Below, one piece after another: positions 40,745-53,470 of a DNA stretch of 64,000 nt. Position 1 is the first letter of the stretch; each line of letters opens with the position of its first letter. This DNA comes from Octopus sinensis (Eukaryota). The notes below the pieces were generated by a model. The model did not search any database. It was not told where the DNA came from and was given only the letters and a program-made list of their open reading frames with translations. The stretch spans positions 43,896,001-43,960,000 of the forward strand of contig NC_043004.1 in NCBI RefSeq assembly GCF_006345805.1. Direction: 5' to 3'. The translations under genes were made by a program, and so were the position numbers.

Positions 40745-40895
40745 TTTCTCTCCTTGTTTTTTCTGTATCTCTTTCTGTAAAAGAGCGTAGGCTCGAAACG
40801 TAAAATATTTTTCTATTCCTGAGCGTTATACTAATACATCTGTTTGTTTTGTACACCACCTGTCTTCGTCTTTCGTTTTTTTCGAAAACTCTCCC
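40745..40895 (+). mobile_element. PLE terminal-repeat remnant with minimal hammerhead at 40770-40807
   Basis: UCUUU-CUGUAAA-A-GAGC-GUAG-GCUC-GAAA-CG-UA-AAAUA; reverse complement of 44445-44625. Confidence 0.7.
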
Positions 40896-40915
40896 TATAT
40901 ATATATATAATATAT

Positions 40916-40967
<52 letters not shown>

Positions 40968-40969
40968 AT

Positions 40970-41169
40970 CCAAATATGAAAACCAAATAGAAAACACAAC
41001 AACGCAAGGACGTGGAACAAATATAGTATTATTGGACGCTCAGGAAGGAAGGGAAGAAGGAGGTTATAACCTTTCGAGCGGAGCTCTTCGTCATAAACAT
41101 AGGAAAAGGAAAGATCTAGAGAAAGGAAGACGGAGGAAAAAATAAATCACCAACGGTACACACGCGGTC

Positions 41170-41170
<1 letters not shown>
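40970..41170 (-). mobile_element. Related PLE terminal-repeat remnant with degenerate minimal hammerhead at 41062-41098
   Basis: aUGACGA-A-GAGC-UCC-GCUC-GAAA on the minus strand; cgctcagga motif shared with the neighbouring family. Confidence 0.65.
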
Positions 41171-41455
<285 letters not shown>

Positions 41456-43145
41456 TGGAAGATATACTTATTGGTGTAATACATTGTTTTATTGAAGTAC
41501 AAGAGGACAGTGCCCATTGCTCATTATGGAACCTCCGAGATTAATAGATTAATAGACATGAGGGATCATTGAAATAGTAGTCCTCACTTCAAATCATGCT
41601 GCAGAGTTGACAGAGTCCAAGCAGAAGGAACAGTTGTTGAGGATATACCATGTGGTAGTTAAATCTATGATCAAGTCTTAAACCTGCATGCTTGATTTTA
41701 GACTATGAATTAGCTCTTGCTTTATAAGTTTTGCGTGATATAAAGCTTTCTTTCATTTCATATTACAGATAATCCTTTGGTTGAAAAGATATTAGGCAAA
41801 CGTGTCATATATGATATATGGATTCCAGAGAAATATGTCTTGTGTGTTACAAATGATACATAGAACAAAATTGTATAAATACATGAATCCCTTAATTACA
41901 TTTCAATTTGCTCAATGATAATCGGATTACCCATGTTAACAATTAATATCAGTAGTAATTGAAATACAAACTAATGTCACGTGTGTTTGATTTCTAAGAG
42001 GTCCTGCATTGCTTTTTACACATTCCTTTGACAAATATGATAGTTTCATTATCGTTTATCATATTAAGGATACAATACAAATATATTGAAGCCAACTATA
42101 TATTATTAAAGATACGATATTTTATTGATTTAGTTCGATGCAATAATATTTTGTCTCCGATAGAATGAACATTCAATGGGGATTTTTAACAATTGAAATC
42201 AGTCAGTATCTCTGTATCGCCATCGAGTGTATGAACTGGCAATGTACATATTTAACCTTACTTTTGCTATCGTACTCAGCAAATATTCTTTGAAAGAGTT
42301 AACATTAGATTATATGCTGCACTTCAAATGACAGCGTACTCATTTTCTTTCGGTATATTTGAGAACCTTTCAAACTTTATGGATAAATAATGGCTGTTAA
42401 ACGATTGAAATAAATCAGCTGAAAATATTTACTCCTTATTGAATATCCAGAATGAAATATTTAATCTATCTGCTTTGTCATGCATATTATGCAAAATACT
42501 AGAATTTTGAGATACTGACAGTTAAAAGGAACTTGCCTGAATCAAACCAAAAGACAGAATGTTCTTTGTGTATTACCTTAAGCTTGTTTACTTTCGCGTG
42601 ATTGGATCTCCAATTTCACAAATTATAAATTACTAAAGCGTTTGCTAACAAAACCTTTAGTATTTCAATGATATTTAAAAAAGATTTAACGTCTTTTCTA
42701 ACGAATGATTTTCATAAAAGTGGATTGTAACCTTTACGATATTTTCAGTTGGATTAGCATTTCTGATATTGTTTATGGTTGGAATATAAAAACAATTTCA
42801 AATCAAAAATATTAATACCACATACATTTTTCCATTTCAGTTTTACTTATTTCCATTTTGTTTATCTTAGTAGTTTTAAAATGTAGATCTATTCTCCATG
42901 AAAATATTACATATTTTGGTTAATAATACTAATAATATTCTCTGAAACTATCAAGGCTTTCGCGTGTACTTCCAAACCTGTAACAACATCAACAAATAAA
43001 ATATATATGCTTCATAGGAACAGCAATGTGTTGATACGTATGTACGCATTCACACACACACACATGCATACATGCATGCATACATACATACACACAAACA
43101 CACACACATATATATATATTCAAACAATTATACACACATATATGA

Positions 43146-43193
<48 letters not shown>

Positions 43194-44118
43194 ATACACA
43201 CACAGACGTGTGCTTGTGTATGTAAAAGCATGTATGCAGAAATATCTAAATGGAGAGTGAGAGTAGAAAAGTGCGATTACAGAATGTAATTGATATGTGG
43301 TCTATTTCGCGGAAAGTTGTACATGGGAAATATGTCAAAAATGCTATGTGGCTTATATAAATTATTGCTGTCAGGTGAGATTAATAGTTCCCCACTAATG
43401 TCTTAAAGGGCTACGATATAGCATATTCTCCTTGGAAGCCATTAGCGTATGCAATCTTCTGTTTAAAGGGGATACGTATAAAATATAGGTATAGAACAAT
43501 ATCTACATACACATATATATCTATGTATGGTGCATATATGTGAATATGTATGTATGCGCGTGTTTCAGTATGAACACAAGCACATAATCTTTTGTGTCAG
43601 GGATTGAGTAGTTTATGCATTTATATATAAATATATATGGGATACTAGATGTAAATATTGTATACGTATGTCTAATTTCAAGAATGCTGGTTGAAACACT
43701 TGAAAGCATTTTACGCCTAAATTCAATCTCAGTGTAAGCCATTACTTGTAAAGAACAAATATAACACTAACCACAATTTTGAATCTCACAAATAGTGATA
43801 GGAAGACGTGCGCTATTCTAGAAGCATTAGGCAAGACAGGTTTCGGATGTTATGCAGCTTTGATAGGGTTAATGCTGTTCTCGATATTGAATTTACTGAT
43901 ACCTTGTGAATAAAAGGACATTGGCATATTGCAAGCTACTTCTTTAGCAAACGAAATAGGAAACCGTAGAATTTTGATTATATAAGGGTGTATCTTGGTG
44001 CATGTGTGTGTGTGCTTATACATATATCCATTTATCCATTAACCTATATATGTTTACACAAACATGTATATATACACCACACAAATACACAAATACACAT
44101 ATATCAATACTTATAAAT

Positions 44119-44295
44119 GAGATGACAAACGAATAAATAATTATCTTATGAAATCCATTAGCTTACAGCTGTTTCCGTAATAAGATACCTGACTGAGGCG
44201 CGCAAATATGAGTGCATTACATCTTATTGCAGAAACAGCTGTAATCTGTAAGGTAATAAATGTCATAAGATAAGTGTTTATTCCTTTGTCTTCTC
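44119..44295. repeat. Inverted repeat (~70-bp arms) containing GAAACAGCTGTAA on both strands
   Basis: Arms 44119-44186 and 44221-44295. Confidence 0.8.
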
Positions 44296-44391
44296 ATCTC
44301 CTTATTACGCCATGTACTAGACTTACGCTTGGCTCTGAATACTTATGCATTGAGATCTACACGCCACATTATTTGTATCGCAACGCCTAAG

Positions 44392-44444
<53 letters not shown>

Positions 44445-44448
<4 letters not shown>

Positions 44449-44625
44449 GGGAGAGTTTACGAAAAAAGGAAAAGACGAAGACAGGTGGTGTACAAAACAA
44501 ACAGATGTATTAGTACAACGCTCAGGGATAGAAAAAGTCTTTTACGTTTCGAGCCTACAGTCTTCTACAGAAAGGGACACAGAAAAAACAGGGAGAGAAA
44601 CAAGAGAGAAAAATGTGTGTAGTGG
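44445..44625 (-). mobile_element. PLE terminal-repeat remnant with minimal hammerhead at 44538-44575
   Basis: Minus strand CCUUU-CUGUAGA-A-GACUGUAGGCUC-GAAA-CG-UA-AAAGA. Confidence 0.7.
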
Positions 44626-44740
44626 CTAATGATATATCATGACAGAAGATCTGTGTATAGAAGATCTATCATGGACAGAATATCTATGTATAGAAGATAT
44701 ATATATATATATATAATATATATATAATATATATATATAT

Positions 44741-44771
<31 letters not shown>

Positions 44772-45679
44772 ATAGATATATATGTATGTATGTCTGTATA
44801 TATGCTTGTGTGTGTATGTATGTATCTATATATGTGTGTGCGTGTTTATGTGTGTGCGTGCGTACAGTTTGCAAAGATATAATAGAATTCTGTAAGAAAA
44901 ATTTGTTTATTACTTATAGTACAGCATAGATCTGATACTTTGTCTGATCATGAATAATTGAATTAGTAGAAGAATGCAACTAAATGAGATATATAGTTAT
45001 ACTCTGCAGAATGTATTTGGTACTCATCTTATTTTCTAAAGCAACTGTATGTTAATGGATAGTATGACTAAAAATTGTTACGCATACTCGTGCTACATGG
45101 ATAACTGCATCGATCAGACATTTATATACTAATACTTCATATTTTCCGTCATGAATAGGAATAATGATATAAAATGAACTCGCAAAATTTTGAGCATTTC
45201 TGGAATACGTATGAAGAGTGACTCAAGTATAAGCCCTTGAGCATTGCTTCACCTATTTAATAGTAACTGGGAATAGAGAAAAGCTGAATGTAGCTGTAGA
45301 ATACACCCCAGTTATGCAGAACAGTTTAACTGCCACATGTTTTAATATACTTACATTCGAGTGTTTTAAAATAAACACTTCTGACATGATATAAACAGTT
45401 TTCAAAAATAAATTGTTAAACATCCTTGGAATCACTGAAAAGTAAATGTTATTCAATGATTTGTGAAAAGTACACGGAATTTAAACTCATTAAAAATGTT
45501 TTGTTATATGTACATTTGAATTTCAAGTAAAAAAAAAAGTGATGTTTGAAGCATTTATCCAGGTATCTTGCTTGGTAATGTTTTTACTTAAATTCACCAT
45601 CACTCTTGGATAGCTGCAGGGTATACAGAGAAGCGTGGTACCATCTGACTATATATTAAGCGGCCATTCCAACTAAAAA

Positions 45680-45740
45680 TTATTTCCCTATAGTCTTGTG
45701 TAGGGTTTTGTTATACGTGTGTAACTCATCAGTAAACCAA
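45680..45740 (-). ncRNA. Relic type I hammerhead ribozyme
   Basis: CUGAUGA-GUUA(loop)UAAC-aAAA-CCCUA(loop)UAGGG-aA; stems II and III perfect, G12 and U16.1 mutated. Confidence 0.45.
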
Positions 45741-46104
45741 CATGTAATTTATTCAACGTCGTGACACTGGATGTCTTCTATTTATTTCACGTAAGATTTC
45801 ACTTCGTTATTATATGCATACATACCTATGTATATATTCATTCAAACATACACCCAAATGACTTATTTCAATTTTGCGAGATTGGAACTGCACTGAGTGT
45901 AATAACAATACAAGGATATGAAGCTCTCGATTTCCTACCTACTACTACTACAAGGGCAATAAAGCAAAATAAGGGAAAAGCTACAAATGAGAGAATGGGA
46001 TGGAGGTTAGAGAATGGTTGTAGAACAGTAAACTATTGGAAATATTATCTCCGCTCGTTGCTGATACGTATGAACATAAAATAAAACTGTTTCAAAGCTG
46101 ATGA

Positions 46105-46219
46105 GAATATTATATATATATGTATGTATGTATGCATGTATGTATGTATGTATGCACGTATATATGTATGTATGTATGTATGCATGTATGTATATATATA
46201 TATATATGTAGGTTTTGTG

Positions 46220-46274
<55 letters not shown>

Positions 46275-46300
46275 TAATAATAATAATAATAATAATAATA
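46105..46300. repeat. (TATG)n(AT)n(AAT)n microsatellites
   Basis: Directly visible. Confidence 0.95.
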
Positions 46301-46774
46301 GCAGTGATAAGAAGTATTATGAATAGTTTTTATCTCCAAATATTCAATCGTGTGCCAAACAAATCATGCTATGATGGCGAGCTTTAAGTTATAATGGTTC
46401 CCATACCGAAGATAAAAATCATAGACCACTTGAAAGGTTCCTCCTCAAAATCTATAAATGTTGAAATCTTGCTAGAAATAATGTCATTTTTATTGCATAT
46501 TAGCATTACCTGACTAATTTTTATTTCATATTCGCTCAACCATCCAGAACCAATGTGTGACAATGTTAAAAATATGTTCTGTATTTTTCTTCTTTTTTTT
46601 TTTTTTTTGGCTTTGCATCGAGTGCGAGGGAACTACGTACAATACTGGCCCAATAATTTCATTCTTTTTATACTCAAGTGCAGTTAACTCCCATGATACC
46701 TATTATAAACAGCTTTTTCATCATGATTTGTGATTAATTCTACTTCAAGCGCAATAAATTCGCACACGATAAAT

Positions 46775-47105
<331 letters not shown>

Positions 47106-47188
47106 TGTATACATAACGATATATATTCTTTCAGTTCTATTTACTTGTTTCAGTCATTTGACTGCGGCCATGCTGGAATATACATGCA

Positions 47189-47224
<36 letters not shown>

Positions 47225-47499
47225 TTACATACATTCATTCATGCAAGTATATAATTATGCATATAAATGCTTATGTGTATATTATTACTTATATACACAC
47301 GCACCACATATATATATCGATACATATTTTGCATATATAGGCGTTGTCACGGTCATGTTTACCTAGAATAAATATTTGGAGCCTCACATATGTCATACAT
47401 ATATTCCTGTGTATCTAAAACTATATGTGGAAATATGTATTTATGTATTATTACATATAAGCATTTACACATCAGAAAGAAGTACACTCTAAAAAATAG

Positions 47500-47750
47500 A
47501 GTAGTAATTATTACAACAGCAACTTTGTATAACTTGTTTATTTCTAACCCACCTCTAATGCAGGGGAGATAACCTGTCCTCATAAACGTTTTTTCGTTAA
47601 GGTGTATTTCTCGAGTTCTGAGAATTCCGTAACGTCTGCGACGTAGATATTTAAAATTTTGTATTGATATAGAGTCTGACGAGCTGTCCACACAGCCTTT
47701 GCTTTATGGATACGTAACCTAGCGTAACTGTATGTCCAAGATAAAAATAT
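47500..47750 (+). mobile_element. PLE-type terminal repeat with degenerate hammerhead at 47668-47733
   Basis: Reverse-complement homologue of 21040-21190; CUGACGA core, GUAA instead of GAAA, stem I AUA-G-AGU/ACU-G-UAU. Confidence 0.55.
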
Positions 47751-47755
47751 TTTTT

Positions 47756-47827
<72 letters not shown>

Positions 47828-47978
47828 TGTGTGTGTTGTGTGTGTACATGTATATATGTATATATATGTATATATATATATATATATAGATAGATAGATA
47901 GACAGATAAATAGATAGATAATTGTATAACAGGTGCATGTGCATACCTCAATATATGCATATGCATATGCATATATAT

Positions 47979-48033
<55 letters not shown>

Positions 48034-48097
48034 ATATATAACGTTTATATATTTGTTGGGCAAGATTTTTTATGTGAAGTCGTGTGTTGAAACAGAC

Positions 48098-48678
48098 ATT
48101 GTTGTATTTTGGAATGGTCATTTTGCCCGTTTCGCCAATAAAGACACACGCACTATATATCTGGTGTTACTTTGCTTCAGTGTTTGTTATTTATTTTTTA
48201 CATTAATCCTAAAGATTTAAATACAAATATAACTATATAAGAGTAAAATTATATATTGTCGGTCGCTCTTGAGTGCTACTGGTAACATGTAATCCAGTAC
48301 AACCTGTCGCAAGGTCGGGTCGTCGGCGACCAAACTGGCAACGCAACAAGGCTTGCTTGACAAGGAGGGTGTTGTTGAACACCATGCGGGAGGAAAAAAA
48401 GGCCCGTCAAAGGGCGGAGGAACTTCTGAGCAGTCAACGGCCATCCAGCAAAATATATCCAACAAAACGGTTAGTAAGGAGAGACACAAATAAGAAAGAA
48501 GAAAGCAAAGGACCACTGATGCAGTCACAAAAGTGTGACGAAAGAACTCTGGCCGAAATAAGATTAAGATTAATGTAAAAAATAAATAACATTGAAGCAA
48601 AGTAGCACCAAATATATAGTGCGTGTGTTTTTATTGGCTAAACTGGCAAAATGACCATTTCTAAATACAACAATATAT

Positions 48679-48735
<57 letters not shown>

Positions 48736-49024
48736 ATATACACATATAAGAAATGATATACATATACATAAATGCAGATATTTTGTTGGATGGCCGTTGA
48801 CTGCTCAGAGGTTCCTCCGCTCTTTGACGGGTCTTTTTTTCCTCATGCATGGCGTTCAACAACACCCTCCTTGCCAAGCAAGCCTGGTTGGGTTGCCAGT
48901 TTGGTCGCCGACGCCCCGACCTTGCGACAGGTTGTACTGGATTACATGTTACCAATAGCACTCAAGAGCGACCGACAATATATAATTTTCCTCTTATATA
49001 CTTATATTTGTATTTAAATCTTTA
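48098..49024. repeat. Double inverted-repeat structure A-B-C-A'-(TA)n-B'
   Basis: A 48098-48208 / A' 48568-48674; B 48210-48456 / B' 48778-49024; the paired arms are highly similar. Confidence 0.88.
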
Positions 49025-49803
49025 TTTAAGCATTTACATAGCATAACGTTTACTTTATAATATTTATATATATTATCTATATTTAAATCCTATTTATATT
49101 TGCAAATCCCATTTAGTCCGTTTTTCTTTAATGTATGAATGAGCTACACCGCGTCGATTATCGGAGTGATATTTGATCCCGTTAAAGATTGTTTGATTGT
49201 TGGTTTGGTGTCTAGAATGGGATAGCTTACCTCATGGGTAGGTAGAAGTTTTTTAACCTTTGTTGGTCATCTGCCTACGAGAAATAAATCTCCGAAATAA
49301 AACCTGAGGCCTTGGAAGGTCCAGGTTTTGTTAATTTTCATGTCACACCAGTGAAAGTTTTTTGGGGTAAATGGTGGTGGTTGTATATGTTTGTATTCAA
49401 TGAATCGCGCATACACTCTGCATGAAACTCTCTCGGTTATATTCTTCGTAATCACTTAATTTACGATTTAATGTGTTTCAGAATAATATAATACTCACAA
49501 GTCGAGTTTTACCCTAAATGAAGATTGATAACGTCAAAGTTATTCAGCATTGCCATACATATTTAAGGCACCTAGCGTATAACCTAGCGTATAGCATACC
49601 ACAGCATTACTTGACATCGGTTAACGTCATTTAGATAGCATACATCTTTGGTAAGTCGGGAGAGGACAGCGTATCCTCTCAGTTATACCTAGAGTATTCG
49701 TCCGTTTGCTTAAGTCTCTCTTTCTCATTTGCAGCCACTTAAGAAGGGAGAAAAGTGCTCAAATCACTGGCTTTCCTTAACTCATATTCTCAAAAGCTAC
49801 AGC

Positions 49804-50011
49804 TACCGTATTTTCCGGCAATATAATTTTAATTTTGCAAGCCAATATTTACACCAAAAAATGTAGGTCGAATTGTACACAAGAAGACTTTGGAAGATCT
49901 AAAATTCCAAATGAAATGCAGCGGGATTTACAAAGACAGTGACGATGTTTGAATGTTTATACAGCACGATGAGGCTATATACAACGTGACTTGATCACCG
50001 GAAATGCAGTA
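49804..50011. mobile_element. Old pogo/Tigger-like MITE
   Basis: taccgtattttccggc left end; degenerate ccggaaatgcagta right end. Confidence 0.5.
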
Positions 50012-50699
50012 GTGCTATACAGACATGCATAGAAACACTCACATTTACCAATAAACTTAAACACACATATATGAATATGTTTTATTATTTATGCGTACAT
50101 ACGCACACATATATGCATACATGCCTATTGTGACAGAGAGAGAGGAATAGAGAGAGAGAACAAACTCATTATAAATAATAGATTTGAAAGATAGGCAAAC
50201 CCAGAGAAAATCAAATGATATAGTTGCACAAACTATCCCCATCACCATCCCTTCTATAATTAAGAATATTAAAACCCCGAATAAACGTGTGGTGTATAGA
50301 CAAGCAGTAGAACATTTGAAATGGCAGCACTCTTTGATTATATAAAAATGAGATATGTGAATATCACGCTATTCTGAAACATATTAATGGCGTAAATAAT
50401 ATGTTATGGAGTCATATAACCGAAGTAGTATCATTCAGTTTGTATGAAGTTGGCTGAATGAATGCAAACATATCGTATGTCTATTGATGATATTTTCATA
50501 CGAAATTCGCTATATGAAACCAATATTTATAGTTTAGAAATCGGAATTATCTCAGTTACATACATATATAAACGAGGCCACGAGATTTGTTTAATTGAAA
50601 TACATATTTGATATAACATATAATATTGGCATATACCTGTATATGTCTCTTTAAACACACACACACCCTAGCAAGCACATACACATTTATACAGGCATA

Positions 50700-50795
50700 C
50701 GTATATATAAGTGAGTGTGTATCTCTCGTGATATATATATATATATATATTTATATGTATGTATGTAGGTGTACACACATACAGACACACATATA

Positions 50796-50839
<44 letters not shown>

Positions 50840-50891
50840 ATATATCTGTTTGTATGCATGTGTGTATTTATATGTATGTATATATATATAT

Positions 50892-50934
<43 letters not shown>

Positions 50935-50975
50935 ATATATATATATATATATATATATAGGTATGTATGCATGTA
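50700..50975. repeat. (AT)n-rich microsatellite field
   Basis: Directly visible. Confidence 0.9.
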
Positions 50976-51912
50976 TACGTCTTTATAAATCCCTCCTATA
51001 ACACTCTGTCATAGAAGTGACTTAGTGACAAACTAAATGAGTTACGATGTCCGCACGACCCAAAAAATAAGAAATAAGAATTAAATCTGATTTATTCATA
51101 ATTCAACACTTGTATGTGTGTAAGCACCTGTTGTTAAGGTAGCATTGTAAACAAGAAAGAAAGAATAGTGCTCAATCCTTGAAATAGTAAGTCGAAATGT
51201 GTTAGTTACAAGTTTTCATTTCGTGATTCTAAGAATGTAGGACAATGAATCATTAAATGTTAGTAACAAAAAAACTAGGGAGTTAGATATAAATTTAAAA
51301 ATGAAGGATTTAAATAAAGCCTTTTTGATTCGTTGCAAACATCAAGTGAACTATACATGAAATTATTAAGGAGAAAAAAAGGTGTTGGCGTTATTGAACT
51401 GACGTTATTGAGTCACGAAATTGGTCTCAGATTTTAGGCACACATACCACAGATATATAACAATGTATAAAAGGTGAAATACAGAAAGAATTGACATGAG
51501 ATCAGAAATGAGAAAACGTGTATTACAAAAATACTGAGAGAAAACCGTTAACCTTTCAATCTCGTGCTTACCACTCACTCGTTTTTCCTTTCTCCATCAC
51601 TCTCTCTTTCTTTCTCTGTCTTTTTATTGCTCTCTCTCTTTTTATTGCTCTCTCTCTCTCCCTCTCATTCGCTATCTATCTATGTGTCTATCTAGGACTA
51701 TTACCGTAATCTTATTTAGTATAGAATCACAATCTGCAATGCAAAAAACAAAATACAAAGCGAAGTGAACACTTCAGTCCCCTACCTAAAGAAACGAAAT
51801 GAAATGAAAGCAGCAGAATTTGCGACAGACTTTCAGAGTGTCAGAATATTTTTGTTGAAAAACATTCGTATGACGGATCTGACTTTCGAAAATTACATTA
51901 AAGATATTTTAC

Positions 51913-51996
51913 CTTCAGTAAAGTAAACTTGACAAATCATATTCTTTCTGTTGCCTACATACGTTCGCACATTTTCTTTAGCAGGTGTTAAAGCAA
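51913..51996 (-). CDS. Candidate 84-bp phase 1-1 exon, Ig-like domain N-terminal half
   Basis: Acceptor aatttcgtttatag, donor AG|gtaaaa, open frame (V)ALTPAKENVRTYVGNRKNMICQVYFTE(G); no neighbouring exons confirmed. Confidence 0.35.
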
Positions 51997-52624
51997 CTAT
52001 AAACGAAATTATATTAAAGGTGCAATCACAAATTTCCCTTCATCTCAGAATGTATTAGGACAAAAAGCAGTCGAAAATTTACAGCTTTTGTTGCCTACAG
52101 AAAAGTTATAACGCACATCAAAAAAGTAATACTTTAAAATTTACAGAATCATGCTGAACCAATTTCAAAGCAATATGTTTTACCTTGTAGAATGATTTTT
52201 TGAAATATAACATAATTAACGGAGTGGGAGTAAACAACCTTCTGAAGCATCTGAAACTCTGAAAGTTTTACCATACAATGATACACTTAAACAACAAATA
52301 CCCACAGCTATTTACGACTATAATTTTTAAAAAATATTTCTCAATATTACTTCATGTGATAAATGCATGATTCTGTAAAGTTTATTTGTACAGAAATTAT
52401 AGCTAAAACTGATTTTTTGCTACAGTGTTTCGTATCGAGACATCAGATGTAAACAAGCAATGCGATCGAATACAAATCTGTGTAACAAGAAGTGAATTTG
52501 CCATATTTCGGGGGGGGGGGGGTTCCCCTTCATCAGCACCCATCTAACCTATTCTCGCCTTCGAACACATTGCTTATATAGCCACAGCATACAGCGCTGT
52601 TAAGTTAGTGGATATACCAATTTA

Positions 52625-52880
52625 CATATTAAACGCATTACCGGAGCTGGTATGTAAACCTTAAAAACTTGTAGGCTCGTGGCATTTCGTTATGCAACCA
52701 TGATAAAATTTAAAGTTAACTTAATGTTTTTATAAGGCAACACCACGTTCTACCACGTTAGCAGTTCTCTTTACATTATTTTGTCAACGTTATTACCACA
52801 AAATATAATAGCGTAACGAAATACCAATGCCTACAAGTCTTTAATGCTTAGATAACAGATCCAGGAATGCGTTTAATATG
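52625..52880. mobile_element. MITE with ~75-bp imperfect TIRs, bounded by TTAA
   Basis: TTAA-ACGCATT...AATGCGT-TTAA; shared acttgtaggc and atttcgtta-gc in both arms. Confidence 0.7.
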
Positions 52881-52929
52881 CCAAATGGCAAGGTGAGCAG
52901 ACCAACATACCTACTGAATCTGAAGGGTC

Positions 52930-53070
52930 GTCCGTTGCAGGGTTACCCATTAACAGCTGTGTGGATTAAAGCAACATAAAATAAGGTATTATTTTCAGGA
53001 CCACAGCACGCAACTGACTAGGAATCGAAACCACGATCTCACGAACGTGAGTATACTATGCCAATCCACA
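52930..53070 (-). mobile_element. SINE family C remnant
   Basis: gatcgtggtttcgattcctag (box B) and ttattttatgttgctttaatccacacagctg. Confidence 0.6.
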
Positions 53071-53125
53071 AAGTAAAGGCATGCGCCTTAACATGGACAC
53101 ACGCCCACATACACTCACACACGTG

Positions 53126-53127
<2 letters not shown>

Positions 53128-53175
<48 letters not shown>

Positions 53176-53278
53176 TATATATATGTATATATATATAATA
53201 TATATATATATATATACATATATTATATATGTATATATATATGTATATATGTATATATATGTATATATATAGATATAT

Positions 53279-53328
<50 letters not shown>

Positions 53329-53335
53329 ATATATG
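53128..53335. repeat. (AT)n microsatellite
   Basis: Directly visible. Confidence 0.95.
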
Positions 53336-53419
53336 TAGGTCCCGGGTTGATCCGGGGTTAACCACAGTAAGTAAGGTACTCAATACATAGCAGAGTAAAA
53401 TAATTTATTATATAGAAGG

Positions 53420-53470
53420 AGCTTCTACAGGACTAGTACTGTTTCATTCAAGAGAAATCTTCAGGAAGCT
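53420..53470 (-). ncRNA. Type I hammerhead ribozyme, apparently intact
   Basis: AGCUUC-CUGAAGA-U-UUC-UCUU-GAA-U-GAAA-CAG-UACUAGUC-CUG-UA-GAAGCU: 6-bp stem I, full core, GUA cleavage triplet, palindromic ACUAGU in loop III. Confidence 0.82.

Noticed and set aside
45355-45434. 80-bp exon-like segment with strong acceptor and GTAAGT donor
   Set aside because: The peptide is not Ig-like or otherwise recognisable; such signals arise often in AT-rich DNA
45610-45690. WNGRLIYSQMVPRFSVY Ig-like peptide
   Set aside because: Incompatible phase, stop codon, and adjacent to a relic hammerhead/PLE repeat
48849-49046. FNNTLLAKQAW resembling the L1 FN.ALLAKQ.W motif
   Set aside because: No flanking RT motifs, and the paired arm does not preserve it
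52905-52950. 46-bp exon-like segment in phase with the 52 kb Ig-like exon
   Set aside because: Most of it lies in or next to a SINE remnant (gggtaaccctgc domain), so the splice signals are probably incidental
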